Below are positions 31,472 to 41,500 of a stretch of DNA of 64,000 nt, piece after piece. The notes below the pieces were generated by a model that worked only from the letters and a program-made list of their open reading frames with translations, did not search any database and was not told where the DNA came from. The stretch's first letter is position 1; each line of letters begins with the position of its first letter. This DNA is from an uncultured delta proteobacterium (GTDB taxonomy: Bacteria; Myxococcota; B64-G9): contig CAVWHX010000004.1 of NCBI GenBank assembly GCA_963754925.1, positions 992,001 through 1,056,000 of the forward strand, read 5' to 3'. The position numbers were made by a program, and so were the translations under genes.

Positions 31472-32890
31472 ATGCGTACTCACGAGGCAATGAAAGAAAT
31501 GCGTACAGATTTCAAATCTATGTGCAGTTTCGCATTGTGGTTGCTCACCATGCCGCTCTTGGCCAACGCCCAAACTGTCGAAACGGGGCCACGGGTCCAA
31601 ACCTATAAACAGGTGGAGAAAGGGCTCGAGGTGGGATTGCAGGGTGGCGCCGCGCTGGATTTCAAACCCGCGCTGGGTGGGACAAACGTAGGTGCTCTCG
31701 TCGGCCTTGAGCTTGGGTACGATGTGACATGGCTGTTTCGAATAAAGATGGGCTTTATGGATGAATTATATTCTGGTCGCGGCACTAATACCGCGGGCCA
31801 GCGTGCCTCGATGGATTACGAAGGTCGCATTTTCTGGGCCGGTGCCTCATTGGCCCTTTTTGCAACCGAGCGCAGCTATCTGTATATCCAGGGGGGCGCC
31901 GGGTATCTGCTCTCGTATCCCAAGGGTATTAAGGGCTTATATAAGGGTGCTCAAGTAGACGTGGCCGGCAAAGATAGCTTGGTTGTCTTAGCGGGCGGTG
32001 GTTTTGAGTACTATCCCAATTTTCGACATTTCTCCTTTGCCATAGAGGCCAATATTGAATATCTCCCCTTGCGGGATCATGATATTGCCGTTGTCGTCTA
32101 TCCCATGATCCGGTACACCTTTGGGCTAACAGAAGCAAAAACCGTTAAACCGATACAGGATCGCGATCATGATGGCGTGCCCGACGATGAAGATGAATGC
32201 CCCGATGTCCCGGGGCCGGTGAGCAACAAGGGTTGTCCTGAGAAAGACACCGACGGCGATGGGGTGCCCGACCGCGAGGACAAATGTCCGAATGAGCCTG
32301 GTCCGGCATCTAATGATGGTTGCCCTTTAATCCAAGATCGTGATGGAGATGGTGTTCCCGACAACGTCGATCGCTGCCCGGATCAGCCGGGTCCGAAAGA
32401 GAACGACGGCTGTCCGCTGCCAGACAGGGACGGGGATGGCATTCCGGATAATATCGACAAATGCCCCGACGTCAAAGGCCTGCCTGAATACGACGGCTGC
32501 CCGACCAAGGATGCAGTCAAAGTCAATGTTAAGCGTGACTCCATAGAATTGCGTGAAAAGATCCACTTTGAAACCAACAAAGCCGTGATCATGCCAGACT
32601 CTTTTGCTCTGCTCCACCAGGTCGTGGCTACGCTGGTGCAGCATCCGGAGATTCTTAAATTGCGGATTGAAGGCCATACCGACTCGGTTGGTACCCGCCC
32701 GTATAACCTCGCTCTCAGCCAGCGTCGAGCTCAATCGGTTGTCGAGTACTTGGTAAACAAGGGAATCGACCAGACGCGGCTGTCATCCCAAGGCTTCGGC
32801 ATGGAAAAACCCATTGCCTCCAACAAGACGGAAGAAGGCCGCAGCCAGAACCGCCGTGTGGAAATGATCATTCTCCAACGTGCCGATTAA
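31472..32890 (+). CDS. Outer-membrane beta-barrel + thrombospondin type 3 repeats + OmpA domain protein
   Basis: Signal peptide, amphipathic beta strands, four DxDxDGxPDxxDxCP...GCP repeats (~32159-32503), IEGHTD, LSQRRA, NRRVE. Confidence 0.9.
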   Translation: MRTHEAMKEMRTDFKSMCSFALWLLTMPLLANAQTVETGPRVQTYKQVEKGLEVGLQGGAALDFKPALGGTNVGALVGLELGYDVTWLFRIKMGFMDELYSGRGTNTAGQRASMDYEGRIFWAGASLALFATERSYLYIQGGAGYLLSYPKGIKGLYKGAQVDVAGKDSLVVLAGGGFEYYPNFRHFSFAIEANIEYLPLRDHDIAVVVYPMIRYTFGLTEAKTVKPIQDRDHDGVPDDEDECPDVPGPVSNKGCPEKDTDGDGVPDREDKCPNEPGPASNDGCPLIQDRDGDGVPDNVDRCPDQPGPKENDGCPLPDRDGDGIPDNIDKCPDVKGLPEYDGCPTKDAVKVNVKRDSIELREKIHFETNKAVIMPDSFALLHQVVATLVQHPEILKLRIEGHTDSVGTRPYNLALSQRRAQSVVEYLVNKGIDQTRLSSQGFGMEKPIASNKTEEGRSQNRRVEMIILQRAD

Positions 32891-32971
32891 CAAGTATTCC
32901 CTATCATTGACTGAAGATTGAATTCATAGTTAATCTACCTCTAGGCTTGTGGGGACGGAGAGAGAAAACGG

Positions 32972-34333
32972 ATGATCCGCTTCGTCAGTACGAATCGGCA
33001 GACACCGGCTGTAAATCTCGGCGAAGCCCTGCTCCTGGGTCAGGCTCCGGACCAGGGGCTCTTCATGCCCGAGGAGCTGCCGTGCTTCTCGAAAGAATTC
33101 CTTCGCCAGGCCAAGCACCTCAGTTACCCGGAACTGGCCACGGCGATCCTGGCGCCCTACGCGGAAGGCGTCTTCACCTTCGAGACACTCTCTAACATCT
33201 GCCAGGACGCCTATGACTTCCCGGTGCCCCTGGAGCAGGTGACACCAAAGCGCCACCTGATGCGTTTGGATCAAGGCCCCACGGCCTCGTTCAAGGATTT
33301 TGCCGCGCGCTTTATGGGTCGTGCCCTCGGAAGGCTGGTGCGGGACAAAGGGCTCAGAGCTTTGATCCTCACCGCCACCTCCGGCGATACCGGCAGCGCC
33401 GTTGCGCACGCCTTCCTGGGCGTAGCCGGCATCCAGGTGATGGTGCTCTTTCCCAAGGACGAAGTCTCCGACCGCCAGCGCAAACAGATGACGACACTCG
33501 GCGGTAACGTGGCCACCCTGGCCCTGGATGCCAAGTTCGATGATTGTCAGGCCCTGGTGAAGCGCGCCTTCGCCGATCCCGATCTGGCGGGCCTGCATTT
33601 GTCCTCGGCCAACTCAATTAACATCGGCCGTCTGCTGCCCCAATCGGTGTATTATGTGTACGCCGCGTCGCGGCTCGCGGATATTGAAATGGGCGAAAAG
33701 GTGGTCTTCTCCGTGCCCAGCGGCAATTTCGGCGATCTCATGGGCGGCGTGCTCTCGTTCAAGAGCGGCCTGCCCGTGGAGCGCTTTGTGGTGGCCACTA
33801 ATGCCAACGATGAGGTGCCGCGCTTCCTAGCCACGGGTACCTATACCAAGATCGAACCCAGCCACGTGTGCATCTCCAACGCCATGAATGTGGGCCATCC
33901 CTCCAATCTGGCGCGGCTCGTGTCCCTGTACGGCGGGCGGATGGACGAGGCGGGCCACCTGCTCCAGGTTCCCGACATGGTTGCTATGCGCCGGGATTTC
34001 TACTCGGTGAGCATCGGCGACGATGAGACGCGGCAGACCCTGGCCAGGGTGCACAAGGAACACGGTATAATGCTCGAACCCCACGGCGCCGTAGGCTGGG
34101 CGGGGCTTAGGCACTTCCTGGAGACGTACCCCGAAGCTGCCAATCTCACCGCCATCTCCCTGGAGACCGCGCATCCCGCCAAGTTCCCCGATGAAATCCG
34201 CGTGGTCATAGGCCAAGATCCGCCCCTGCCGCCGAGCCTCCAAGGACTGGACAGCAAGCCGGAACAATTTGTTGAAATGGCTACGGAGTATGACGAATTC
34301 AAAGCCTATCTTCTGAAGGAATACCGTTTATGA
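32972..34333 (+). CDS. thrC: Threonine synthase
   Basis: GPTASFKDF, ATSGDTG, SANSINIGR, VPSGNFG, TAHPAKF. Confidence 0.95.
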   Translation: MIRFVSTNRQTPAVNLGEALLLGQAPDQGLFMPEELPCFSKEFLRQAKHLSYPELATAILAPYAEGVFTFETLSNICQDAYDFPVPLEQVTPKRHLMRLDQGPTASFKDFAARFMGRALGRLVRDKGLRALILTATSGDTGSAVAHAFLGVAGIQVMVLFPKDEVSDRQRKQMTTLGGNVATLALDAKFDDCQALVKRAFADPDLAGLHLSSANSINIGRLLPQSVYYVYAASRLADIEMGEKVVFSVPSGNFGDLMGGVLSFKSGLPVERFVVATNANDEVPRFLATGTYTKIEPSHVCISNAMNVGHPSNLARLVSLYGGRMDEAGHLLQVPDMVAMRRDFYSVSIGDDETRQTLARVHKEHGIMLEPHGAVGWAGLRHFLETYPEAANLTAISLETAHPAKFPDEIRVVIGQDPPLPPSLQGLDSKPEQFVEMATEYDEFKAYLLKEYRL

Positions 34334-35559
34334 AGACCGTGATCATCCTGGGCGATGGCATGTCGGACCGCCCCGTGGCCGCCCTGGGAGGCAAAACCCC
34401 TCTCATGGTGGCCCGCAAGCCATACATCGATCGCATCGCCCGGGAGGGTGTCATGGGGCTTTTCGCGACTATCCCCGAAGGCATGGTCAATGGCTCGGAC
34501 GTGGCCAATCTCTCCGTGCTGGGCTACGATCCGCGGATCTGCCTCCAGGGCCGCGGCGTGTTGGAAGCCGCGAGCATGGGCGTGGAATTGGATCCCTCAG
34601 ACGTGGCCATGCGCTGCAATCTGCTGACCCTCGACGGGCAGGGTTGCATTAAGAATCACAGCGCGGGACACATCAGCAGCGGGGAGGCCGCCGTTCTCAT
34701 CCGCGACCTGGACCGGGAACTGGGCGCAGCTGCGGGTGATCGGCCCGCCGTGTTTTACCCCGGCGTCAGCTACCGTCATCTGCTGGTGTTGCCCGGAGGC
34801 TGGGCTTCACCCGAGGTGGACTGTTTTCCGCCCCACGACTACGTCGGCAGGCCCGAGGCGGAACTGTTGCCCAGGGCCAAGACCGCCGCGGGTGAGGGCA
34901 CCGCCACGCGCCTGCTGGAACTCCATCGGCGCGCCAAGACGTTGCTCGCGGATCATCCCGTGAATCGCGCGCGTTGGAAAGGCGGAAAGGATCCCGCCAA
35001 CGCCATCTGGGTGTGGTCTTTGGGACGACGGCCGCAGATGGAGCCGCTCACCACGCGTTTCCACATCACCGGCGCCGTCATCTCCGCCGTGGACCTCATA
35101 CGCGGCATCGGCAAGTATGCAGGCCTGGATCGTGTCCACGTGGATGGCGCCACGGGCCTTTACGACACCAACTACGAAGGCAAGGCTCAGGCGGCCTTGG
35201 AGGCTCTCAACACCCACGACTTTGTCTTCGTCCACGTCGAAGCCACGGACGAGGCGGGCCACGCCAAGGATTTGGATCTGAAGATCAAGTGCATCGAGTA
35301 CCTGGATCGGCGTCTCGTGGGCCCCATTCTCGAGGGCATCCAGGCCAAGGGCTGGGATGCAACCATCGCGGTCCTGCCGGATCACCCTACCCCCGTGGAG
35401 ACCGGCAACCACGGAAGCGATCCCGTGCCCGTAGCGCTGTGGCGCACGGGCATCACGCCCGACGGCAGCAGCGCTTTCGATGAAGTGCAGGCCGCCAGCG
35501 GTTCCCTGGGACTCCTCAAAAACGACGAATTCATCCGTATGGTATTCAATGTCCGATAG
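34330..35559 (+). CDS. Cofactor-independent phosphoglycerate mutase family (ApgM-like, possible alternative homoserine kinase)
   Basis: GDGMSD, GSDVANLS, GRGVLEA, DEAGH, PDHPTP; ATGA overlap with thrC. Confidence 0.87.
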   Translation: MKTVIILGDGMSDRPVAALGGKTPLMVARKPYIDRIAREGVMGLFATIPEGMVNGSDVANLSVLGYDPRICLQGRGVLEAASMGVELDPSDVAMRCNLLTLDGQGCIKNHSAGHISSGEAAVLIRDLDRELGAAAGDRPAVFYPGVSYRHLLVLPGGWASPEVDCFPPHDYVGRPEAELLPRAKTAAGEGTATRLLELHRRAKTLLADHPVNRARWKGGKDPANAIWVWSLGRRPQMEPLTTRFHITGAVISAVDLIRGIGKYAGLDRVHVDGATGLYDTNYEGKAQAALEALNTHDFVFVHVEATDEAGHAKDLDLKIKCIEYLDRRLVGPILEGIQAKGWDATIAVLPDHPTPVETGNHGSDPVPVALWRTGITPDGSSAFDEVQAASGSLGLLKNDEFIRMVFNVR

Positions 35560-35568
35560 GCACGTCAG

Positions 35569-38500
35569 CTAACTTTTTTCCGCTGTGATTATCGCCGCGC
35601 GGAGGGATAGGTATCGCTCGGAGAAAGCGAAGTTGAAGAGGGAGAGCATGTCCGCATCACGCTCGAGCAGGGCGGCGCGATTAGCAATATCTTTAAACTC
35701 TTGCCCAATCGCGACGCTGCTAAAGCGGGTCATTACGCTCAGTGCCGCATTCAAATCTCCGCATGCCAGCAACCCCACCCGATCGGCGGTCCGACGAACT
35801 CCCGTCATCCATCGCTCGAAGTCATGCGACTGTGGATCGTACGCGTAGCGACGGATGAGCGGGATGGTTAACTCGAGTGCTTCTGCTGGAATAGTTCCAC
35901 GGATTGCCTCCAAATATTCCGGCGCAGACGGCGGTAGGAGGAGCGGCGCCTCGATTTCGGGGCATGCCAATCTGACTAACAACGCAAAAAGCTGCAGCAG
36001 GTCCATGCGACTGAACTTAAACAGCAGGACGCAACCCATGGCCACCTTGGCGACCTCACGACTGATCAAAAAGAGCAGCTCAGCGTCCCGGCTCAGTTCG
36101 ACGACCCTGCTCGACAACAGAATGGTCGGCTGTTCGCCGCTCTCGACGAATGCCTGATAGGTCGATTCAGGCGCAACGAGCATCGCGCAGGGCCGGCACG
36201 ATATCAGAAGCTGGGCCTGTTCAGCCATGTCGGCGACCGCTGGAAGTACGCTCGGCATATCGGCTGCTCTCGTAAAGCCGAAGCGTTCGAAATTCGCCGC
36301 GAACAATTGTTCCAGATAGGGTGCGAGCACCATGAGAATGCGCTGCAGCAAACAATCCGCGTCGGTGTGTAAAATGACCTGGTCCCATTCGCTTGCCTTC
36401 AAGGGTCGTTTTGGAAGCGCCGCCAGCCCGAAATGTTTTATGGTGCGGGATGCTTCCGGATCATCGGGGCTGAGAATCTGTAGGCCGGTAAAGTAACCGG
36501 CTGCGCGATCGGCCTCACCGCGGGCCGCCTCGAGCTGCCCCAAGATGCGGTAGTGCGCCGCAGCCAGCGGCTTTGCGTTCAGTAGTTTGCGGAAGATCTC
36601 AATCGCTTCGGGAAGGGTTTCGAAGCTCTTGGCGCAGAGGGCACCGAGCTGGGGGAGTAAATCGCCATGGTGCGGCCGCAGCTGATACGCCTGTTTCAAG
36701 AAAGGGATGGCCCGAAGCGGATCCCGCAGTTGCTCATGGTACAGCTGCGCAAGCTTTAGCAACCGCTCGAAATGGGATTCGTCCGTAAGGCTGGTTTTCT
36801 TTCTGAGACCTAACGCCGTCTCGAGCAGCTCGGCCTGCCGCAGGGTGCAGTGCGCCAACTCGGCTACCCCCGCCGCGCGCTCGTAATGTTCGGCCTTGCT
36901 CGGATCCAAGCTGATGATTTGCTCGAAGTGCGCGAGAGCCTTGAGCGGTTCGCCAGCCTCGATCAACGCCTGGCCGATCTTGTGGTGGATGGTCAGTTGG
37001 TGCGAGAGTTCCAACGGCAACTTCAACAGGCGCTCGGCTTCCTGCTCCAATTCAGCCCCGGCGGTTGTTTGACAGATGAGGTTCCAAAGTTTCCAGTGTG
37101 CCTCGATCAGGTGCGCATTGAGGCGCAACGCCTCGCGATACGCCCGCTTGGCTTGCTCGATGTCTTTGGTGTGAAGCTGGCACCAGTCGCCGAGGAGGCA
37201 CCATCGCTCCGCTGCGCCGTCAGCTGTGGGCTCGTGCTCAAGCTCCTTCTGCATGAACTCGATTGCCTCGGGCCAGCGGGACTGGCTGCTATAGAAGTCT
37301 TTGAGAAGGCGTATGGTCTCCACATCGTTCGGTGCGGCCTGGTGAGCGGCGAGAAAGGTTTGGGCCGCCTCATCGAAACGCAGCAGCCGCCGCTGGGCAT
37401 GTCCCAGTTCCCGCTGCAACGCAGGCGCGAGGTCCTCGAACCCGTCCTGAGGTAGGATGGAGATGAGTTCCTTAAGGTTTTGGATCTCTTCCTCATGGCG
37501 TCCGTGGCTGTGGAGCACGCTGATCAGACGTTGACGCACAGGAGTAAACGTCGGGTTGCTCGCGATCGCGGCTTGGTAATGAGCGATGGCTTCTTCAGGT
37601 TGCTGTGCCTGCTCGGCGAGTTCGCCACGCCGGAACTCCACCACGAACTGCCGTTCGGACGGCACGCGGTCTCCCAAGCGCTCGTCGAGTGCGGCGGTTT
37701 CTTTCCAGTCGTGCTGAGCATAGCGGATGTCGGCCAGCGCTTGTAGCGCACCGGGGTGGTTTGGCTCAAGGGATAAACACTGCTCAAAGTTGACCGCCGC
37801 ACGGTCTTGATCGTGTAAGTGTTCTCGACACACCCTGCCCATCTCAAAACTAATTGCCACCTGCTGCTCGCGTTCGTTCAGCAGCTCGCGTTGTTTTTGG
37901 AGCGTCTCGAAAAGCTCCTCGAAACGTCCTTCTCGGGACAGCCACGTTCCCAACGATTGGTAGAGTTCGATCTGGTCCGGTTCGATGGTGATCGCCTTGC
38001 CTATGGCTTCGATAGCCACGGGAAGGTCTCCGAGGGCTGCAAAACCGTTGGCCGCCTGACGGTATAAAGCGGCTGCCTCGTCGAGCGCGGCAGGGCTTTC
38101 AGCCCAGTCAAACATAAGCTGTGCCAAGGCGCGCTGATCATCCCGCTTCACCTGTAACTGGACCAATTGTTGATAGGCCGACCTGAGTGACGGATCCGCT
38201 GAACGAGCGCGTTCAAAAGCCACTAACGCTTCATCGAGGCGATCGGCTCGTAGCAGCAGTTGACCGAGTCGCAACGATAATGCTGCGGTCGCTCCCGCAT
38301 CACACTGTTCGAGCAAGGCGCTTAACGCCTTGGCCGCTCCATCGTCGTCCTCCAAGTTCTGGAAGCGGTCGACGATCTGCTCCAGTATCTGGTTCCGGGC
38401 GGCCACATCGGTCAGGCGCTGTGCAGCCACGTCGACGGCGGCTGACAGGTAATCTTTCGCCTGAGGGGTCGCACCAGCCGCCTGCGCCCGGCACACCAGG

Positions 38501-41500
38501 GCATTGGCGAGCTCCTGCCACGATTGCTGTTCTTCGAGCAGCACCAGCCAGTCGTGCCAGTACTCGTCCCGTTCGGGCGCCAGGTTGACCGCTTGAGAAA
38601 AAGCCTGTGCGGCGCGATCTGGCTGCGCCAATCGCTGGTGAGCCAAGCGACCGAGCTGATGCCAGTGCTGCGCTTGCGCGGCAGGGTCCTGGGCGCCTTG
38701 AATAAGCAATTCTTGTACTTGAGCCGCCGATTGCCAGTTTTCCTGTTGTTCATAGAGCGCAAACAACCGGGTCGCCAGCGCCTCGTCCGGTGCGATAGCC
38801 AACGCCTCTGCTAACGAAGCCACTCCCTCTTCGGTTCTATCGAGCCGTGAGAGACAGACCTCGGCGTGTTCGAGCAACAGGTTGCGACGTTCTTGAGTAT
38901 CCTCGGTTTCCACAATACACGCTGCGAGGAACTTATCCAAGGGCTCCGGATCGCCATTTTCGCGCAGTAGCGCAAGTATGTTGTCGCGCAGCTCGACGCT
39001 CGGTGCGAACGTATATTCTTTTTGGAAGGCTTGGAGGGCCAGCGAACGGTCGTCCAACTGGTCGCAGGCCACCTGGCCGAGTTCATGCAGCAGGGGGACA
39101 GCCGTGGACGAGTCTGCATCAGCCGCGGCGCACTGCTCGAGCAAATCGGCCAACTCGCGCTGCATGCCAAGCTGGCGGTAGAGCCTCAACAGGTGCTGTG
39201 CCGCCGGGGTGTGCCCACGTTCATAGAGCTCGCGGTAATGCAACACCGCCTGCTCCGGCCGATTCAAGGTGTTTTGGCACAGATCAGCGAGTTCAGCCAA
39301 GCGCGAAATCTTCTCACCGTCGTACGACGCTTGTTGCCATTGATCCTCGAGGACCTGGGCCAGGTGCGACCAGCCCTGGGTGCTGCGCAATATGTGGAGG
39401 AGGTCATCGACGGCCCGTTGGTCGTCGGGCTGCATCTGCACTTGTTCTTCCAGCACGGCGATGGCCTGATCGGGCTGATCGAGGAACTCAAACAAAAGGT
39501 TCGCACGAATACGCCGAATCTCTGGATGACGCTCAAGAAGAACCGTGCTATCAAGCCAGCGGCGGTATAGAAGCTCCAAATCCTGATAACGCTGGTGCTC
39601 GCTGAGGGTGAGCTCCAGGCGTTCGAAAACCTCCGGCTCGATACCGTCGATTCGCTGGGGTGATTCAAGCTCGAGGTACGCCAGATAGTGCTGAGCGGCC
39701 ACCTCGCGCTGCTGCTCCGCCCACGCCGCACGAGCCAGGTCCAACGCGAGGCTCGCCTGATGCTCACGGCGCAACGGCGGCCCCGGCAGGGGTGAAGCCT
39801 GGATGCGGGTGCCGAGGGCCAGGGCATCACGGTACTGGCCGTGGTTGATACGGTAACGGGTCAGTAACAGCAGCGCGGGGCGATAGTATGGATCGACGGT
39901 AAGAGCCTCTTCCCACTGCAGCGCTGCACCCTCAGGGTCATTGAGTCGTAAGCTCAGTATGCCGGCGAGCGCCATGTGCATCGGTATGCGCTCGGCCGCC
40001 GAGGTGAGCTCAATGTGTTGGCGGATTACCCGCGCCACGTCATCCCAGCGAGATACGCGTGCGTACGCCCGCTGCAGCGCGGCCAGGCGCGTTGGTGCCT
40101 CCAGGCTGTCGGGCGCCATTGCAACCGCCTGTTGATAATGCAGTGCTGCCGGTTCGAGTTGTCCGAGACGTTCTCCAAAAAGATCCGCGGCTGCCATGTG
40201 CAGCGCGGCCGCCGCTTCACCCTGCTCGCGCTCGGCGCGTCGGGTGTAAAACTCGGCGAGTTCCTCAAAGCGCAGTTCCTGCTGCAAGAGCATCGGCAAT
40301 AGGGAAAGCGTCTCATCGTCTTCCGGAAGCGTGCGCATGACCGCCTGCAGATGATCGATGGCGCCGGTGGTGTCGCCAAGTTCCAACGCCACTTGTGCTT
40401 GTTGACGGTGCGCGATGGCCAGGTCAGATGCCGGCAGCTCATTGGAGCCGAGCGTCAAAACCTGGTCCAGCGCTTCCTTGGCCTGCGCCCACTCATGGTT
40501 GTGCCGGTGCAAATCGGCCAGGGCGCGATGAGCCGGCAGGAGGCTCGGGGCGAGTGCCAGCGCCGTATGATACGAGCGGATGGCCTCTGCCGATTGCGCC
40601 GGCTGCTCGCCGAGAAGTTGCGCTCGCTCCATCCACGAGCTCACCTGTTCATCAACTTCCCACGAACTGAAATCGAGCGTCGCGATGAGTTGTACGAGTT
40701 CATCCACCCGATCTTCGTCGCGATATATCTGCAGGAGGTGCTGAGCATATGCACGGTTAGTCGGATCGAGTCTTAAGGCCGCCGCAATATCGAGCGCGCC
40801 AGCCTGCGTATTGGAAAGCTGTTCACACAGCAGCCGACCACGCTCAAACAACCAGGCGGCTTGACGCTGCGGATCGGGCTCCGTGGCGGCGCAGCGTGCG
40901 CAGACCTCAACCAACTCGTCGAATCGGCGCTCTTCGCGCAGAATTCGTGCTAACTGGGTCAACACTGCGTTCGAGTCGGGGGTAAGCGTCAAAGCGCGAC
41001 GCAGCACCTGCTGCGCCCGCTCTTGATCGTTCAGGTGTTGCTGTGCAATCTGTGCCGCCTCTAACAGCACGGCGGAAGCTGTGGCCGGGTCAACAAGCAG
41101 AGGAGCCTCGCGGCAGAGCGCCCGAACCACCTCCGGCCAGGACTGTTCGGCCCGCTCGATGCGTTCAAGATCCCGCCAGGCTTCGATGTCGTTTGGCTCT
41201 AGTTCGAGATACCGGGTGAGGCACAGACGCGCCTCTCCGTATCCCTCCGGACGATTGAGGTATATGCGCGCTAAGCGCTGGTTGGCCGATTTAAGGAGAT
41301 CGAGGGGAAGCTGGCTGCTGAGTGGCTGGTGCTCCAATAGTTCAGAAAAGGCCTCGATGGCCCGGTCCGTTTGCTGGAGGGTCTCGGCCAGCACACCAAC
41401 CTTGAAGAGAGCCTGTGGATGGTTGGGCTGCGCCGTTAACACTTGCTCATAGTGCAGCAGCGCGTTGGCTGGATCGACAAGCTGCTCATCCCAGAGTTGT

